In this document: positions 1 through 13,409 of the stretch, in pieces | How the letters are laid out: the number at the start of each line of letters is the position of its first letter | Position numbering within the stretch: the first letter of the stretch is position 1 | Assembly: GCA_013239625.1 (NCBI GenBank) | Contig: MU053754.1 | Location: forward strand, 124,001 to 188,000 | Source of the DNA: Lama guanicoe | Taxonomy: Eukaryota | Length of the DNA: 64,000 nt | Direction: 5' to 3' | The notes under the pieces: generated by a model | What the model saw: the letters and a program-made list of their open reading frames with translations, nothing else | What the model was told of the DNA's origin: nothing | Databases searched by the model: none | Position numbers and translations under genes: made by a program

Positions 1-465
1 GCGGACTTAAATATTCACCCCTGCTGGCCGGGGCCTTTCATCGAGCTCATTGTGAGGATTCTCGCCTCTTACTTCTTTCCAGCTCTTTGTGTGTGATGTT
101 TCCTGTGGGTGAGGTGGTGATGTTTGCCGCCGCCCCCCGCTTGGGTGTCGCTGTTCATTATTTCCCCACGTTTGGCAGTTTATCCTGCGACCCTGCGATC
201 CTTCTGGGGAGTGCGGTATGAAATAAATAGCCACAATGACGATGTTTGCAGCACTCATCCCCAGCAATTTCGGGAGCATCGGGAGAAAGGACACAGAGAA
301 ACCAGTGACAAAGGAGTCTCTTTGCGTCTTTGCGTTCCGTCTATAAATAAGCACAGACCAGCTTTCCTCCGTGGTGAAGCATTCGTAGATTATCTTTTCG
401 GCATAAGTACGCATTTAGTGCGTGCATGTATTTCACCCTTGGATACATTCAATTTGTCTTCGTTT
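1..465. promoter_or_regulatory. CpG-rich segment, probably the edge/shore of a CpG island lying upstream of the window
   Basis: About 24 CpGs in ~465 bp by eye, repeat-free, with a GC-box-like gccgccgccccccgc near 126-140. CpG density falls sharply after ~470. Confidence 0.45.
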
Positions 466-1105
466 TATAGTTTATTCTGTTAATTAGAAAAGGTTATAAG
501 ATTAATAACTAGTCATTGCTAATGCATTCAGTAGACTGCACCACCAGCTTGATGAGGGGTTACTCCCCCCAAAAGGGACATAAATGATCAGTTCACAGGC
601 ATCATATCAACCGTCTGATGAAGTGCACTGCAGAGAAACTGCTCAGGACCGCAGTGGTCTTTTAATGATTTTCAGAATCATCCGAACATCACAAATGCAA
701 TTATATTCCATGTGCATAATAAATGGACTGTTGTAGGAGGGGTGAGCTGTTATCAATTGAGATGATGCAAATCATGAGAATAGATTCTAGTTGCAGATGG
801 ATAATAATAATAGGATTCATGTGCATAACAACAAAACTTTATACTTGCACAGGGTTTTACCATTGCCAAGGGATTTTTGTGTGGATACACATACACACAT
901 GGATTTTCACAGTCAGGTCATGTATGTTTTTTTTTTCCCCCATAGCCATTAAAAAATTGATTTAAGGTTATGTATTAGGTGGAAAATGAGAGCTAAACCA
1001 GTTTCTACTGAGTTCAAGTCCGTTCCTCTTTATATTATTAGATCATACTAGTTTCTGGGAGAAGGAAAGAGTATTTGCAAAATTACAGAGTTTGGGCATA
1101 GCATA

Positions 1106-1197
1106 GTATTTATTTTTTTAATGGGGGTACTGGGGATTGAACCCAGAACCTTATGCATGCTAAGCATGTGCTCTACCACTGAGCCATACCCTCCCCA
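1106..1197 (-). mobile_element. vic-1-type tRNA-Ala-derived SINE, short form
   Basis: Reverse complement GGGGAGGGTATGGCTCAGTGGTAGAGCACATGCTTAGCATGCATAAGGTTCTGGGTTCAATCCCCAGTACC plus A-rich tail. Perfect TSD ggcatagcata at 1095-1105 and 1198-1208. Confidence 0.92.
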
Positions 1198-1409
1198 GGC
1201 ATAGCATATTAAATCAGTGAGTAAAGAAGAAAAGGAATAGTGTATTCAGAGGTTTGACAAAAAGAGCTCGATGAAATGATGATGGCCCCTTACCCATTCA
1301 GCTGAGTTCTTGCACTGCCAGCAAATGCTCGAGAGGAACTGAAGCACAGAGGACACGAGTCATCGATAATTGATAACTGGCAGTTTGCTGTAGCTAAGAA
1401 GAGGGTGAG

Positions 1410-1647
1410 GACCGCCTTCCTGCTGTGTCCTCCCCTGGTGGAGAGAGAAGGAGAGAGAGAAGGGGAGAGGGAGCAAGCTGTCCGGTGCCTGTTCTTCTAA
1501 GGGCACTCATCCCATCATGAGAGCCCCACTCTCAGGACTTCCTCTAGCCCAGTCACCTCCCAAAGCCTCCCATCTTTAAGTACCAGCACAGTGAGGGGTG
1601 CAGCTTCCCCATGTGAGTTTGGGCGGGATACAATTGAGTCTACAGCA
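1410..1647 (-). mobile_element. MaLR LTR fragment (MLT1A/A0-like)
   Basis: Reverse complement starts tgctgtagactcaattgtatcccgcccaaactcacat and contains gggaggtgactgggct and ctcatgatgggatgagtgccctta, typical of the MLT1A 5' half. Confidence 0.75.
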
Positions 1648-2597
1648 GTGCCTGTTTATCGATTCGGAGGTAACCATTACTTGGCATGTAATTTCAGAAA
1701 ACAGATCTAACAAGACTTCCTCTGAATTAACAGTGCAATTTCGGGATGACTTCCTGTTGTATTTAGAGGGGTCTGACTTGATTTTCAGGGCATCTGCATT
1801 CATGGAATCTCCCAAGTCATTTTTTGTTTTATGCCACAATAACCTTCTACCTACTGAGTAATTAAAATTTTTTCAAGCACCACACATTTCAATTGAAGTG
1901 GTACAACACTTTGAAAGGTGGAAAAGTGGCTTCCAGTAATTTTTTGCTCATTAGTTAAATACGAGAACTGTTTTTACAGAAGAAATAGCGCCGTGATGTT
2001 GGAAATAGTATTTAACATTCTGGCATTTTTTTAAAAAAAAGGTTTAAAAGTTTCCACTGAATACATAATGGTACTACCTTAATTGAATGTTACTTTTTTT
2101 CTGATTATTTCAGAAAGGTAAGATTCAGAAAACAGGACTTGCTGTATCTTTCCTGTCTCATAATTGATAAACAGTTGGTTTAGCAAAACCAAAGGGAAAA
2201 GGGTAAATTTCCCATGGTCTGTAAGTCATGGGAAGGATTTCAGCTTGAGTTAGTGGTGATGTCTCCTTGAAGGATCCGAAAACACTGCTTAGCTGTTGGC
2301 ACTAACATTGGTGATGACAGATTTTAGTTGGAAAAAAAAAAGGTGGAATAATATAAAGCGCAGGAATCTGTCATGAAAACATGCCGTGCAGAGGAGTGAT
2401 GTCTAGTATTTCCAGATTTGAGATAGGGACATTTGAATAGAGCCCATACATTTAGGACCATTCCCCCCAGTCATGTGACTTTAGGAAATTCTCACAATAA
2501 CTTTCATCACTGTTTATACGTTAGTGGTAATACCCGTCCCAGCACTGTGTGTTGGTTAAGTGTTGGTTAAGCATCAAGTTTAAAAAAACAGTCTTTT

Positions 2598-3280
2598 ATG
2601 GTATGACCCAGGAATCCCGCTCCTGGACATATATCCAGACATATATCCTGGACATATATCCTGGACATATATCCATATATCCAGAACCCTACTTCAAAAA
2701 GACACCTGCACCCCAATGTGCATAGCAGCACTATTTACAATAGCCAAGACATGGAGACAGCCTAAATGTCCATCAATGGATGACTGGATAAAGAAGAGGT
2801 GGTATATTAATACAGTGGAATACTAGTCAGCCATAAAAAGGAATAAAATAATGTCATTTGCAGCAACATGGATGGACCTAGAGATTGTCATTCTAAGTGA
2901 CGTAAACCAGAAAGAGAAAGAAAAATACCATACGACATCGCTCATATGTGGAATCTAAAAAAAAAAAACAAAAACGCACAGACAAAGCATAAATACAAAA
3001 CGGAAATAGATTCATAGACATTGGATACAAACTTGTGGTTGCCAAGGGGGCAGAGGGTAGAAAGTGATAGACTGGGATTTCAAAACTGTAGAATAGATAA
3101 ACAAAATTATAATGTATAGCACAGGGAATATACACAAGATCTTATGGTAGCTCAGGAAAAAAAAAAGTGACAATGAATATATATACATGTTCATGTATAA
3201 CTGAGAAATTGTGCTCTACACTGAAATTTGACATAACATTGTAAAATGATTATAAATCAATAAAAAATGTTAAAAAAAAA
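2598..3280 (+). mobile_element. 5'-truncated camelid L1 (ORF2 C-terminus, 3'UTR, polyA)
   Basis: Contains gacacctgcaccccaatg, tttgcagcaacatggatggacctagag, tgtggaatctaa (ORF2 end) and aataaaaaatgttaaaaaaaaa. Approximate TSD aaaa(c)agtcttt at ~2585-2596 and ~3275-3286. Confidence 0.92.
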
Positions 3281-3871
3281 GTCTTTGAGAAGTTAAAAAC
3301 TACACAAACAGAAAATGAGCAGTACATAATTATAAAGTAACAGTCAAGCATATTTTCATAAAGCTTTTTCTCATCTGGGAGGAAAAATGATTGCAAATTA
3401 CTTTGTTAGGTGTTCCCTGAATATGTGATAATGACTTGGCATGATATGAAATTAGCCTCGTGAATGATCACTGTTGGGTGATCTAGCAGGCTCTCCTGCA
3501 TTTACAGATCTTGCAACTTGAAGACAATTTCATTATTTCCTATAAAGGAAAAGGGAAAACTAATTTATTCTGCATACTTAAGGCATGTCTGTATGTTTTG
3601 AAGGGGAGGGAGCTACATCAAAATTATGTCGTAGTTCCAGTCTGTCTCTTACCCATCATAAATCCTGAAAAATGTGGCACGTTATCCAGGATGTTGGTAC
3701 AATAGGTCATTTGCTCTTGAATTTGATATATAAATCCTTTTCCGAGACCATGATGTTATTTCTGCTTTTGTTTCCAAGAGTCTAAAAACCTGTTGGAATT
3801 GGGGCATATGGAAGAAGACATAGAAGGCTGCTATAAATACACTGGGTTTGGCAGTCTAGATTTTCAGGGTT

Positions 3872-4395
3872 AAAACTCAGTGGCTTAAAACAACACACAT
3901 TCATTATCTCATCATGTCGGTGGGTCAGGCATCCTGGCGTGGCTTAGCTGGGCCCTGAAGCTCACCATCTCTTACAAGGATGCAGCCAAGCTGTTGGCTG
4001 GGCTGCAGTTTCAGTGGAGGGTTTGAGTGGGGAAGGATCTGCTTTCAAGCTTGGCTGTGGTTATTGGCGAGATTCAGTTTCTCAAGAGCTGTTGGGCAGG
4101 GAGGGTTTTCGTTCCTTGCCCCCTCTTAGCAGGAGGTCCCTCTGCATTCCTTGCCATGGAACAGCCAGCACGGGGGAGAGTGTCTCTAACACAGATCTTG
4201 TGCCATCGAAGGCTGAAACCGCGTCTGCCAGCAAATCTTTGGTACGCTAATCATGGAAGCAACCCCCGTTATTTTGCAATATTGCCGTCAGCAGAACTAA
4301 GTTACTGGGTCCTTGCCCACACCCGAGGAGTGGGAACCAGACAAGGACTGGAGAACCTGGAGGTGGGAAACACTGGGGGACCAGCTCAGAAATCT
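3872..4395 (-). mobile_element. MaLR LTR (MLT1F-like)
   Basis: Contains cagtggcttaaaacaacacacattcattatctca, tggcttagctggg, ggggaaggatctgctttcaagc and gttactgggtccttgcccacac, motifs of reverse-strand MLT1F. Confidence 0.75.
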
Positions 4396-5749
4396 AACTT
4401 CAACAGACGTCTGCGCTCACTCACAAAATCCCAAAGTGAAGGTAACGAAGACCAGTGAGATAAGTGAATTGGCCAAGTTTCACCCCAGGTTAGCAAGACT
4501 GCACAGACTGGAACTTTTCTTCTTAGTAATATGTCCAAGAAATAGGACAGTCTCCTGCCTTTTTGGTCTGTGGGGTCTGATGTAACGTGTCAAGCAGAGA
4601 TTCAGCCTTGGACTCGCCTCCTTCTGGCTTCCAACTTCATGGTCCCACCACGTAGAAGAAATCAAGCAGTTGGTCACACTCTCATCCTGTTGTCTCTTGG
4701 TGGATAGACCCTACCTGCATTCATGACCTTCAAAGCACCGTGGCAGCCAAGAGATGAGAATTTCTTCTAAAATGTGCTTCCGCGTCAGGTTTACAGACTG
4801 TCACTGCCCGGAGCGATAACCTTGAAATCTGAGCCGCAGATCTGCAAACCTGTTCAGCTGCGTGGTTTCTGGGCAGTCTGAGATGACGGTGCTTTTAGCT
4901 TTTTGATTTTTTTTTTCCTTCTAACCCTAGAAAGGTCTTTTGTGATTGCTTTCAGGTCAAATAATTACACTGCCCAGTATTCTAAGGATGTCTCTTCCTT
5001 GTTTGCTTTCAGAGTACGGTAATCCCTCTGCTTTCAAGATGATTGTTTTCCGGAGAATGAGCTCTGGAGTGGACATGTCCACGGTCCTGCCCGAAGGTTG
5101 ATTGTAAATTTCTATTTCCTTAGGTGAGAATTCCATGACAAGGAGGATTTAGCTCCATTTTGGGAAAACTAGCCAGTGAAGCATGGTGTCAGCTGGTTAT
5201 TGGCGCTCCACTCTGAGCACGATGGTGGAAAATGCCAAGTAGGAAAACAGAGCTGGTTCGCTGTTGAATTTCCCAGTTTCGCTTTCTACCTCATTTCTCT
5301 TGAAGGGGGTTGTGAAAAATGATAGCCATAAGGAATTTCTTAAATTAACAGTATTTTCTGTTTTTCTTCCCAACCTGACTCCCCACTTGTCCCCCTACTG
5401 TCCCCTTTATATCATTCTGCTGAAGAGACACATTATTATGTCTACGATTGATGCATACTAAGTACCATGGACCAAAGGCTGGGGACACGAAGCCAAATTA
5501 AATCTGCCCTTTCCCTCGAAGGAAGTCTGATAAGGAAACTGGCAAAAAATCCAGCGCGAGAAGTTGTAGGAAATATGAGCTTGCTCCTGGGTAGGGGGCA
5601 GAGGGTATAAGTTGCTGTTAACTAGACAAAGAATGGTGAAAATTTCTTCCTGGTGAAGCAATCATTGTTGTGAACTGTTAGGAAGTGTTTAAAGAATAAA
5701 TGTCATTTCTATATAATTGGCAAAAACGATGAATGACTAATTAAAAACA

Positions 5750-6300
5750 TAGGAGGGAGCCAGCTCATGCCAGAGCCGGTGTGCTAAGCTAGTAAGGTTG
5801 AATTTTACCCTGAAGATGATGGGAGCCATTGAGGGACAGGGACTGTCAGGAATAACTCCCTAGAAAATGAACATTTAAGGGACCCCTGACACAGGGAGCA
5901 TCCATTAGGAAGATGGAGAATGATGACAGAGAAGCTTAGAGGTGACCTCTAAGGCGTGACGACACCGAGACCGTGAGATGGAAGTCTTAAGAAGGAAGAA
6001 GAGGTAATATGGCAGGCCGTTGTGTCTGACACAACCGTCTCGGTGAACGCAGGTGAGATATTCACAAAGAAGTGTCCTCAGTGGGACTAAAGAGGTAACA
6101 GAATAGAAAGAGGTCATCTGGTCAAATGTAAGTGGTCTGGGAAATACGGATAGGCAAGCAGAACGCGGAAGACACGATTGCTTGGGGGACATTCATGGAG
6201 CCATGGAGCTTTGATGAGGATCAGGACTGCAGGGGCAGAGGTGAAAGTCTGGGGTCAGGAGGGTCTGATAGAACAGCTAACTCCATGGCGTTGAGGTGTT
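5750..6300 (-). mobile_element. Degraded L2 fragment
   Basis: Purine-rich, with gaattttaccctgaagatgatgggagccattgaggg and acatttaagg, as seen in antisense L2. Confidence 0.45.
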
Positions 6301-6704
6301 GGGATCTGCAAGAGTGAACGGGGACTAAGGGGAACAAACCTCACTGCAGCTCAGCCCCTAGAAGCCTGTGTTGGTGCTGTCTAGAGAGAGATTGGACTGC
6401 CGTCCCCGTTTCCCCCAGATCTGAGATGCACTGTTTGTCAGCTCAGTAGAGTTAATACCAGTAGACAAATGATAAGTACGCCCCATGCAGAAGGTTATCC
6501 GAGAAGGACATTTACCTTAACGGTGTGTTTTACTGGAAAAAGTAACATGGAAACTGTACATCCGCATATTTTTTCTTTTAAAAATCTTGTTTATGGATAA
6601 CATGAAACGTGATGCAACAATTAGCCAGATTTAATTAACCCATGTACCTTCAGCCTCATTTTCCAAGCAGTCAGATCCTTCCTAACAAACTACAAGTTAT
6701 TTCA

Positions 6705-6865
6705 TGTGGGTTTTTTTTCCTTTTGGGGGGGGGTAGTAATTAGGTTTACTACTTATTATCATGATGATTATTAACATTTATTTATTTAATGGAGGTACTG
6801 GGGATTGAACCCAGGACCTCGTGCATGCTAAGCATGTGCTTTACCACTGAGCTATACACTCCCCC
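6705..6865 (-). mobile_element. vic-1-type SINE
   Basis: ggaggtactggggattgaacccaggacctcgtgcatgctaagcatg...ccactgagctatacactccccc. TSD tatttca at 6698-6704 and 6866-6872. Confidence 0.93.
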
Positions 6866-7129
6866 TATTTCACTTCTTTTTGATTCAAGGAAAGCAATCA
6901 AGTTATTAATTTCATATTTAAATGCAAATAAATGCAATAAAGATGTAGTCAATAAGGAAGGGTTTTCAGAATGACACTAATAAGTTAAACTGGCGCTTTG
7001 CAGCCCCGGGATGAAGCCACTTGCTTATGATAAATTATCATTTTTTTTATATACTGCTGGAAGTATTTGCTTAAAATTTTCTTTAGAGTTTTTTTTTTTA
7101 TTCTTTTTTGCGTCTGTTGAGAGAGCTTG

Positions 7130-8420
7130 GCCCATAAGTATTCTTTCTCATGCCACCTCGTCAGATATTGGAATGAAGATTATGTTAGCATCATAAAATG
7201 ATTTATTGAGTGTTTCTCTATTCACCATAAGAGTTTGAATAAAATTAGAATTACCTATTCCTTGAATGCCTTATACCATGCATCGATGAACTCGTGTGAG
7301 CCTAATGTTTTCTTTCTGGAAATATTTGACTGGAAATTCAATTTTCTTAATGCATATAGAACTTGGACTGTTCTATTTATTCTCTCAGCTTTTAAGTTAC
7401 TTCTTTCTACAGGTTTATTGCCATAATGTTTTTCCTGTCGTCTCTTGCATGCTGCAAGATCTTAGGGTATTCCCTTTTTCATTTCTAATATTGGCTATTT
7501 CTGCTTTCTCTCTCTCCCCGGACTGTTGACTCCCTGATGATCAGATTTTCTCCTCTGTTTATTTTTTAGACCTTTAGAAGAACCAGCGTTTGGTTTCGTC
7601 AGCTGGACCTGTAACGTATGTGTTTTCTGTTTAAGCAAATAATGCTCCTGTCTCTCTGTTTCCTTCCTTCTGCCTCCTTCCTGGTTACTTACTAATTTTT
7701 TGCTTTGTAAGAGGGTGATGAGCTTATGAGTTTTCAGTCTTTCTTCTTTGCTAATGCACACGCAACAGTGCTCTTAGCTGTATGCAAATTAATTGCTGTG
7801 TATTCTTCAGAGCATTCGTTTAAAAATATTTTCGAAATTCCATTGTGCCTTCCCCAGTTACTTGTGGCTAATGCAGACTTTAAAAACCTCTCCAAGGGGA
7901 TGAAAATTTCAATGTTGATTGCGTAGTGATCAGAGCTCTGTACTGTATGCTTTCAGTCTTTTGAAATATATGAAGACTTGCTTCTGGGTGCATCAGCTTA
8001 TGGGAGAGTTTTCTGTGTGCGTGCAGAGAGAGTGTACTTTTAATTTTTTAGTGCAATGATGTCTCTATGTATGTTAAGTCAGATGTGTTTATTGAATCAT
8101 TCTCATCTCATCTATTCTTGCTAAAATTTTTATCTAGTGGCTCTTATCAATTACTGCCAAAGATATATTTAATTCCTCTACGATAATTACAGACTTGTCT
8201 ATAACTCTTTTTATTTCTTTCAATTTTTACTTTATATATTTTAAAGCTTTGCTGTGCTTTTCTCACCATATATTTTATTTATCTAGCAGAGTCATTCTTA
8301 AAATACATTTTGTCTAAAAAGACAACTGCACTAGTTTTTGTTCATTTTGGGTGGACAAGGTTTATTTTTTCCATCAGTTTATTTCAGTATCTTTATATGT
8401 TTTCACTTTAGATATGAAAA
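7130..8420 (-). mobile_element. Old degraded L1M (ORF2 region) fragments
   Basis: T-rich antisense-L1 texture (ttcaattttcttaat, tttagaagaaccagcgtttggtttc, atttaattcctctacgataattacagacttgtctat). Confidence 0.6.
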
Positions 8421-8429
8421 TACCCTAAT

Positions 8430-8745
8430 ATATTTACTCGTTCACCTGTTGATGGACTTTCGGGCTGTTTCCTATTTTTGGCTCTTCTGACTCAAGTGGC
8501 TGTGAACATTCGTGTACACGTCTTTGTGTGAACATACGCTTTTATTTCCCGTGGATAAATATTTTGGAGCAGGTATACTGTTTTCCATGGTGGCTGCACC
8601 AACTTACATTCCCACCAACAGTGTAGGCGGGCTCCCTTTTCTCCACAGCCTCGCCAACACTTGTTTCTTCTGTTCTTTTTGATGATGGCCATGCTGGCAG
8701 GTGTGAGATGATAGCTCACTGTGATTTTGATTTGCATTTCTTTGC
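8430..8745 (-). mobile_element. L1 ORF2 C-terminal (cysteine-rich) fragment with internal deletion
   Basis: ORF 8492-8737 reads [54 protein letters not shown], the L1 ORF2 C-terminal motif, then jumps to [19 protein letters not shown]. Confidence 0.88.
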
Positions 8746-9559
8746 AGTGCTTCTGCCCATATTTTAAATTGGTTCGTCGGTTCTTTGTTTGCTTTTTAAT
8801 TGAAGTACAGTTGATTTAAAATGTTCTGTTAGTTTCTGGTGTACAGCATGGATGGACCCGTTGCAGAATACCGGAATTTTTAAATGTCCGTTAACTAAGG
8901 AGACTTGACAGAAGCTAACTATAGACTGAGGCAAGTCCAGAAATTACACTGTACAGGAAGAAAATATCTGGATAGAGGAGTCCCATTGTCAAAAAATGCT
9001 ATTTTTGTTTTTGGTGCCGAAGTAACAATGTCAGATTCAAAGAGAAACAGGTCCTTTTCTTTTTTTTTTAACACACAGCCACATTTTAGGTAGAAAATAT
9101 GCTTATCTTTAAGAAAGTTACAGGAGGTAGAAGGATTTATGATCTAGGGACAAGGCTTACAATGTTTGCGAAACTGATTTCATGGTAGAACAGAATTAGA
9201 TTTCGCATGCCTTTAATTTTAGGGGGAGTAAGCTCCATTAACTTTGAAGGTTACCCACTCCTGAATGATAGCTTGATCGCTGAGACTTGGAGGAAACTCG
9301 AAGCGGTTTTATTTCTACGCTGGAGAAAGAAGCAAGAGTGCTTTGTGTTTCGTCTGCATTTCCTTTTCCGTATCATTTTAGGAGAGTCTCTTACCACTAT
9401 TTCCATCACTTGTTCTATGTATCTGTGTCCTGGTATCTTTTTAAGTGTTTAATAGTTTCTGAAATTGTTAATATAGTCTGAGTTTTTATATTTTAATATT
9501 TAATGATCTTACACAAATCAAGTACTCTATTATGTCCAAAAGTTGCTTTCATGGTCCCT

Positions 9560-9769
9560 GAATTGGTTCTCAGTCACCTCTGTCCCCCAGCAGAGGAACA
9601 TCTGGCAGTTCCTGGGGGCATTTTGGGTCACAACTGGGAGGGAGTTGTTACTGGCGTCCAGTGGGTACAGACCAGGGCTACGGCTCGATATCCTGTGAAG
9701 TCAGGACAGCCCCACCACGAAGAGTCATGCAGCCCCACCTGTCAGCAGTGCTGATGCTAGGTAACCCTG
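9560..9769 (+). mobile_element. MER20 (hAT-Charlie MITE)
   Basis: ggttctcag...gggcattttgggtcacaactggg...actggcgtccagtgggtacagaccaggg...caggacagccccacc...aaccctg follows the MER20 consensus end to end. Confidence 0.85.
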
Positions 9770-10821
9770 CTTTAGGAATTCCCCTTTCTAATGCTTCTGT
9801 TGGCCCATCTGACTGGTCAGGAAGTGAGCAAGAACTTGTCAGGTCGGGAAGTCTATACTGATAGTTCTTCCATCCAGTATTCTGTGGAGGCGGGGTTAGG
9901 TACTGAAGAGAAAGCCTCAGATTTAGTCTTTAAAATCCGAAGTACACGCCAAGACAATGTGGACCAACCAACATAAAAGGAGAAACCAGTCGACAGGAAA
10001 TTAACCAAAACATGTCATTGGGTAAAGAACACGTGTTCTAGAAAAGTAGAGAAAAGAAGGATTATGATTTGAAAAAATGAACTAGGTCATGTGACAGTTG
10101 TCTCTAAAAACCCTTGTAAAAGGCTCCACTTTCAATAACTTATCATTTCCTAGAGTCCTTCTTTCACGCTCAAATCTCCATGAGCTCCCTCTTATCTTTT
10201 TCATAGATTGCTCTGATTTTTCTTTGCGGTGCTCACAATTTGAAATTCTAGTTGTATTTTTAAATCTTGGCTACATCCCTAGGACACAGGTGTTTTTGTG
10301 TGAGGGTGTTTGTTTGTTTGTTTGCTAACGAGTGCCGTGACCCTGGTGCACAGCAGATGCATCCTCACTGTTGTCCAAGGACCGTGACTGTCCCTTGTTG
10401 TGGTCCTTAGAGGGTGGGGAGAATTTTGTGTTCTCAAGGAGGAGGCAGTGATGGCAGATGGATGCAAGTGTGACTGAAGAGTGTGCCTACCTTAGATGCT
10501 GGGCAGAAATAAGATGAACTTCCCAGTAGAGAATGCTTTAATGGGATCCGATGATTATGATGTCTTGACCTTGGAGGAATTTAGACCTCATGGCGTAGCT
10601 GATAGGGACAGAAACTGTTAAGCAGGAGCAAGACGCACGAGAAGCTGTGTTTGTGAAACGTAAAATAATCTTCCATGGAGATTTTATTCTTGAGACCTAA
10701 ACTCAGTGTAGGTAATCGTCCCTTGCCTAGTTCATTGTCATACATACTAGGTCCCTCCTCCAAAAATGTCTTCCCTTGTATGCCTGCCAGAAGAGGCATG
10801 ATGTGTATCAAGAATGTTAAC

Positions 10822-10961
10822 GGGGAGAGGGTAGAGCTCAGTGGTAGAGCACGTGCTGAGCATGCACGAGGTCCGGGGTTCAATCCCCAGTACCTCCATC
10901 AAAAAAAAGAAAAAAAGTAAATAAATGAATGTAATTACCTTACCTGGAGGAAAAAAAAAAA
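10822..10961 (+). mobile_element. vic-1-type SINE
   Basis: GGGGAGAGGGTAGAGCTCAGTGGTAGAGCACGTGCTGAGCATGCACGAGGTCCGGGGTTCAATCCCCAG plus A tail. Perfect TSD aagaatgttaa at 10810-10820 and 10962-10972. Confidence 0.94.
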
Positions 10962-11796
10962 AAGAATGTTAAGAATGAAGTTCAACCCCAAGGAGCTTCC
11001 TCTTGACTTACTTTGCATTTGTTTTCTTTGAATTGCAGTGTGTTTTGGTTTTGAAGAGCTTCTCTCTAAAACCCAACATCATAATTATTAGCAGGTAGTT
11101 GGCTACTTTTGCTGGGCCATGACTGCATTATGTGACTCTATCAGTTTCCAGTATCTTAGCCACATGTTATTTGGGGAAATTTTGCCTCTCTCCTTGTTTT
11201 TTTAAGTTTTGAATGAAGTTCCTGTGTTTCTCACTTTTTCTGGAAGACAGAATGTTGGAAAGGTCATGACAAATTGGAAGTAGTACATGGGAACACAAAT
11301 TTTGTCATAGATTTTTGTTGCCCGCCCCCAACTTCTGTCGCCTCTAGGTGAATTCCCTACGATGTGCAGAACCTAATGTGGAAGGTGCATTTCCCACTCA
11401 AGATCCACCAACTCTGCACTCTTCTTAATTCTTTGAGTTTGCTTTTGATTCCCGAGTTCTGCTCCTTTGTATTTTATGCGAGACTCTGCCTACCAGGCCT
11501 TCTTTCGTGCCAAGTGAATTTCTAAGTCCCTCTTACCTTATGATATCATTCTAATCTTAAACAGATATGATCATTTTCTCTTTTTTTTTTCCCCAGTGTA
11601 GACATTCTTCAGAGACAGGTCCACCAGCCTCCATTTTCCACGTCACCCTCTGCTCTTGCCTGCAAGAGGGCTGTCCGTGAGGACTGCTTGTTTGTGTCTC
11701 TGTGATTCTGTCGTAGTCCCCGTCTCATCGAGGGGGTCCAAGGATGGACTGCAGCCCGGGGGGGAGATGCTTCAAGTTCATTTCCCTTAGAGGGCC

Positions 11797-11950
11797 CAAG
11801 ACTGGGTTCATGGGTGTGTGGCGTCTGCTTAGAAAGACCCATATGTCAGGACCCTGTGCTTGAGTTTAATGTTCTTCTGCCACTGTCTTGAAATTCTTGG
11901 TAACTGTGAACAAGGGGTCCTCACATTTTCATTTTTCATGGGGCCCCTTC
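11797..11950 (+). mobile_element. MER91A-like hAT MITE
   Basis: gtttaatgttcttctgccactgtcttgaaattcttggtaactgtgaacaaggggtcctcacattttcatttttcatggggcccc resembles the MER91A core. Confidence 0.7.
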
Positions 11951-12389
11951 ATTCAGTCTACTGACTGCCTACTCATTTGGCCAACAGTCCAAACAAACTG
12001 TGTAAACCACACTGAGTTGCGTATTTGCATGCAACTTTGACACTGTTTTTTTCCCTTATAATACATATCTTCAAACCTTTCTCTAAATTTCCTTTTTACC
12101 TTACTATTAAATACAGATTCTGCCCCCAATTATTGTTAATCATTTGAATTGTACAGTTTATAGATGGTTAAGTAAGCTGCAGCTAATTCATAATATAAAT
12201 AAGAAAGAGTATTTTTAAAATAGCTTATGATATGATGTCCTTATCAACAATTAATGACTTATGACACATATATTTTTAATATCCTGAACATTTTATCTGA
12301 TATTGCAATGTGGCTTTAATAAGCTAACCTGCTGTTTCCTTAGAACTTCTTCCATGGACTCATTACTAGATCCTTTTGTATATAAAATT

Positions 12390-12800
12390 AACTCTCCCCA
12401 CCTTTCACTCTTCATTTCCTATTTGGTTAAGAACATCGCCTCCCCCAAACCCACCCCGACCAGGTCGCCCGAGTCGAGACCCCAGAATCGTCATCTCAGT
12501 CCCATCAGCCACCACAGTTGATGGAATCCATGGTCAACATCTCTTGAGCGTCCCCTTTGCTCTCGTCATTGCCACAGTCTTAGCTGAGGTATGTCCATTA
12601 CCACAAGAGTTTTCTCTCTGCTCTTCGGCTGCCGTCTGTCTGTGCAGGAGCCAGGAGGGTCTTTGTAACACATCAGCCTTGTCATCCCTCTGTTTAGAAC
12701 CCAGGAGGAGGCATTCCTCATTTCCTGTGAGATGCAGCTCCCAACCCTGCAACGAGGCATCCGAGTCCTGGGGGAACCTTCCTTCATGAGTGGGTCGCTA
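12390..12800 (+). mobile_element. Degraded L2 fragment
   Basis: Pyrimidine-rich L2 texture: tcatttcctatttggttaagaacatc, gccacagtcttagct, gagccaggagggtctttgtaacac. Confidence 0.5.
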
Positions 12801-13409
12801 CACAGTTGTCCACGTCTGACCTCTTTCACTTTGCTGCCCTTCCTGGAAAGGACACCCCCCTGGCCTTCTTTTCTCGGCTAACGCCTCCTCGTCCTCACAG
12901 CCTCACCCTCGCCTTCGGGGAGACTTTGCTCTTCCTGTCTCCTGGGCTGTTACCTGACTGCTCACAGGTCCCCACGCCATCCTGGGCTTGCCGCTGCCCC
13001 CACACCCTTTATGTTGCAGCTCTCTTCATGAGGGTGTTGTGTCTGTGAGGCCCCACGTGTGATTCAGTCAGACAGAAAGGATCTCTGTGGAACCCCGGAC
13101 TACCTGCGACTCAGCGTAGTAACCGAGAGGAGGGAGCGACTGAATACGTGTTTATGAGGATGCTCTCTTAGACTCTCTCGAACGTCTTTGTCGCCTGCTG
13201 CTGTAATCACCCTGAAGTCGTTTCATTCAGACCTCAATGCTTTCTACTTGAAAACCAATGAAAAAAATATCCCCTTTGTCTAGATAAGCATTGACAGAAA
13301 TTGTAACAATTGAGAACCTACTTCCCACCAAATAATGCAAGATAGCCTGCTCAGCTTCTTAAGTGTCCGTAAAGCTCCCACTACCCTGGAAGGTCCTTTG
13401 GAAAACACT

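Noticed and set aside
5013..5096. Possible exon after tttgctttcag encoding MIVFRRMSSGVDMSTVLPE
   Set aside because: Weak donor (gttgat) and no recognisable peptide.
6788..6865. tRNA-Ala(AGC)-like cloverleaf sequences (here and at about 19 sites)
   Set aside because: Most carry the SINE-specific 3' segment, an A-rich tail and a TSD, and all have stem mismatches. They are tRNA-derived SINEs, not tRNA genes.
11348..11384. Possible 37-nt exon (cctctag|GTGAATTCC...GAAG|gtgcat)
   Set aside because: Weak donor, frame-shifting length and unrecognised peptide.
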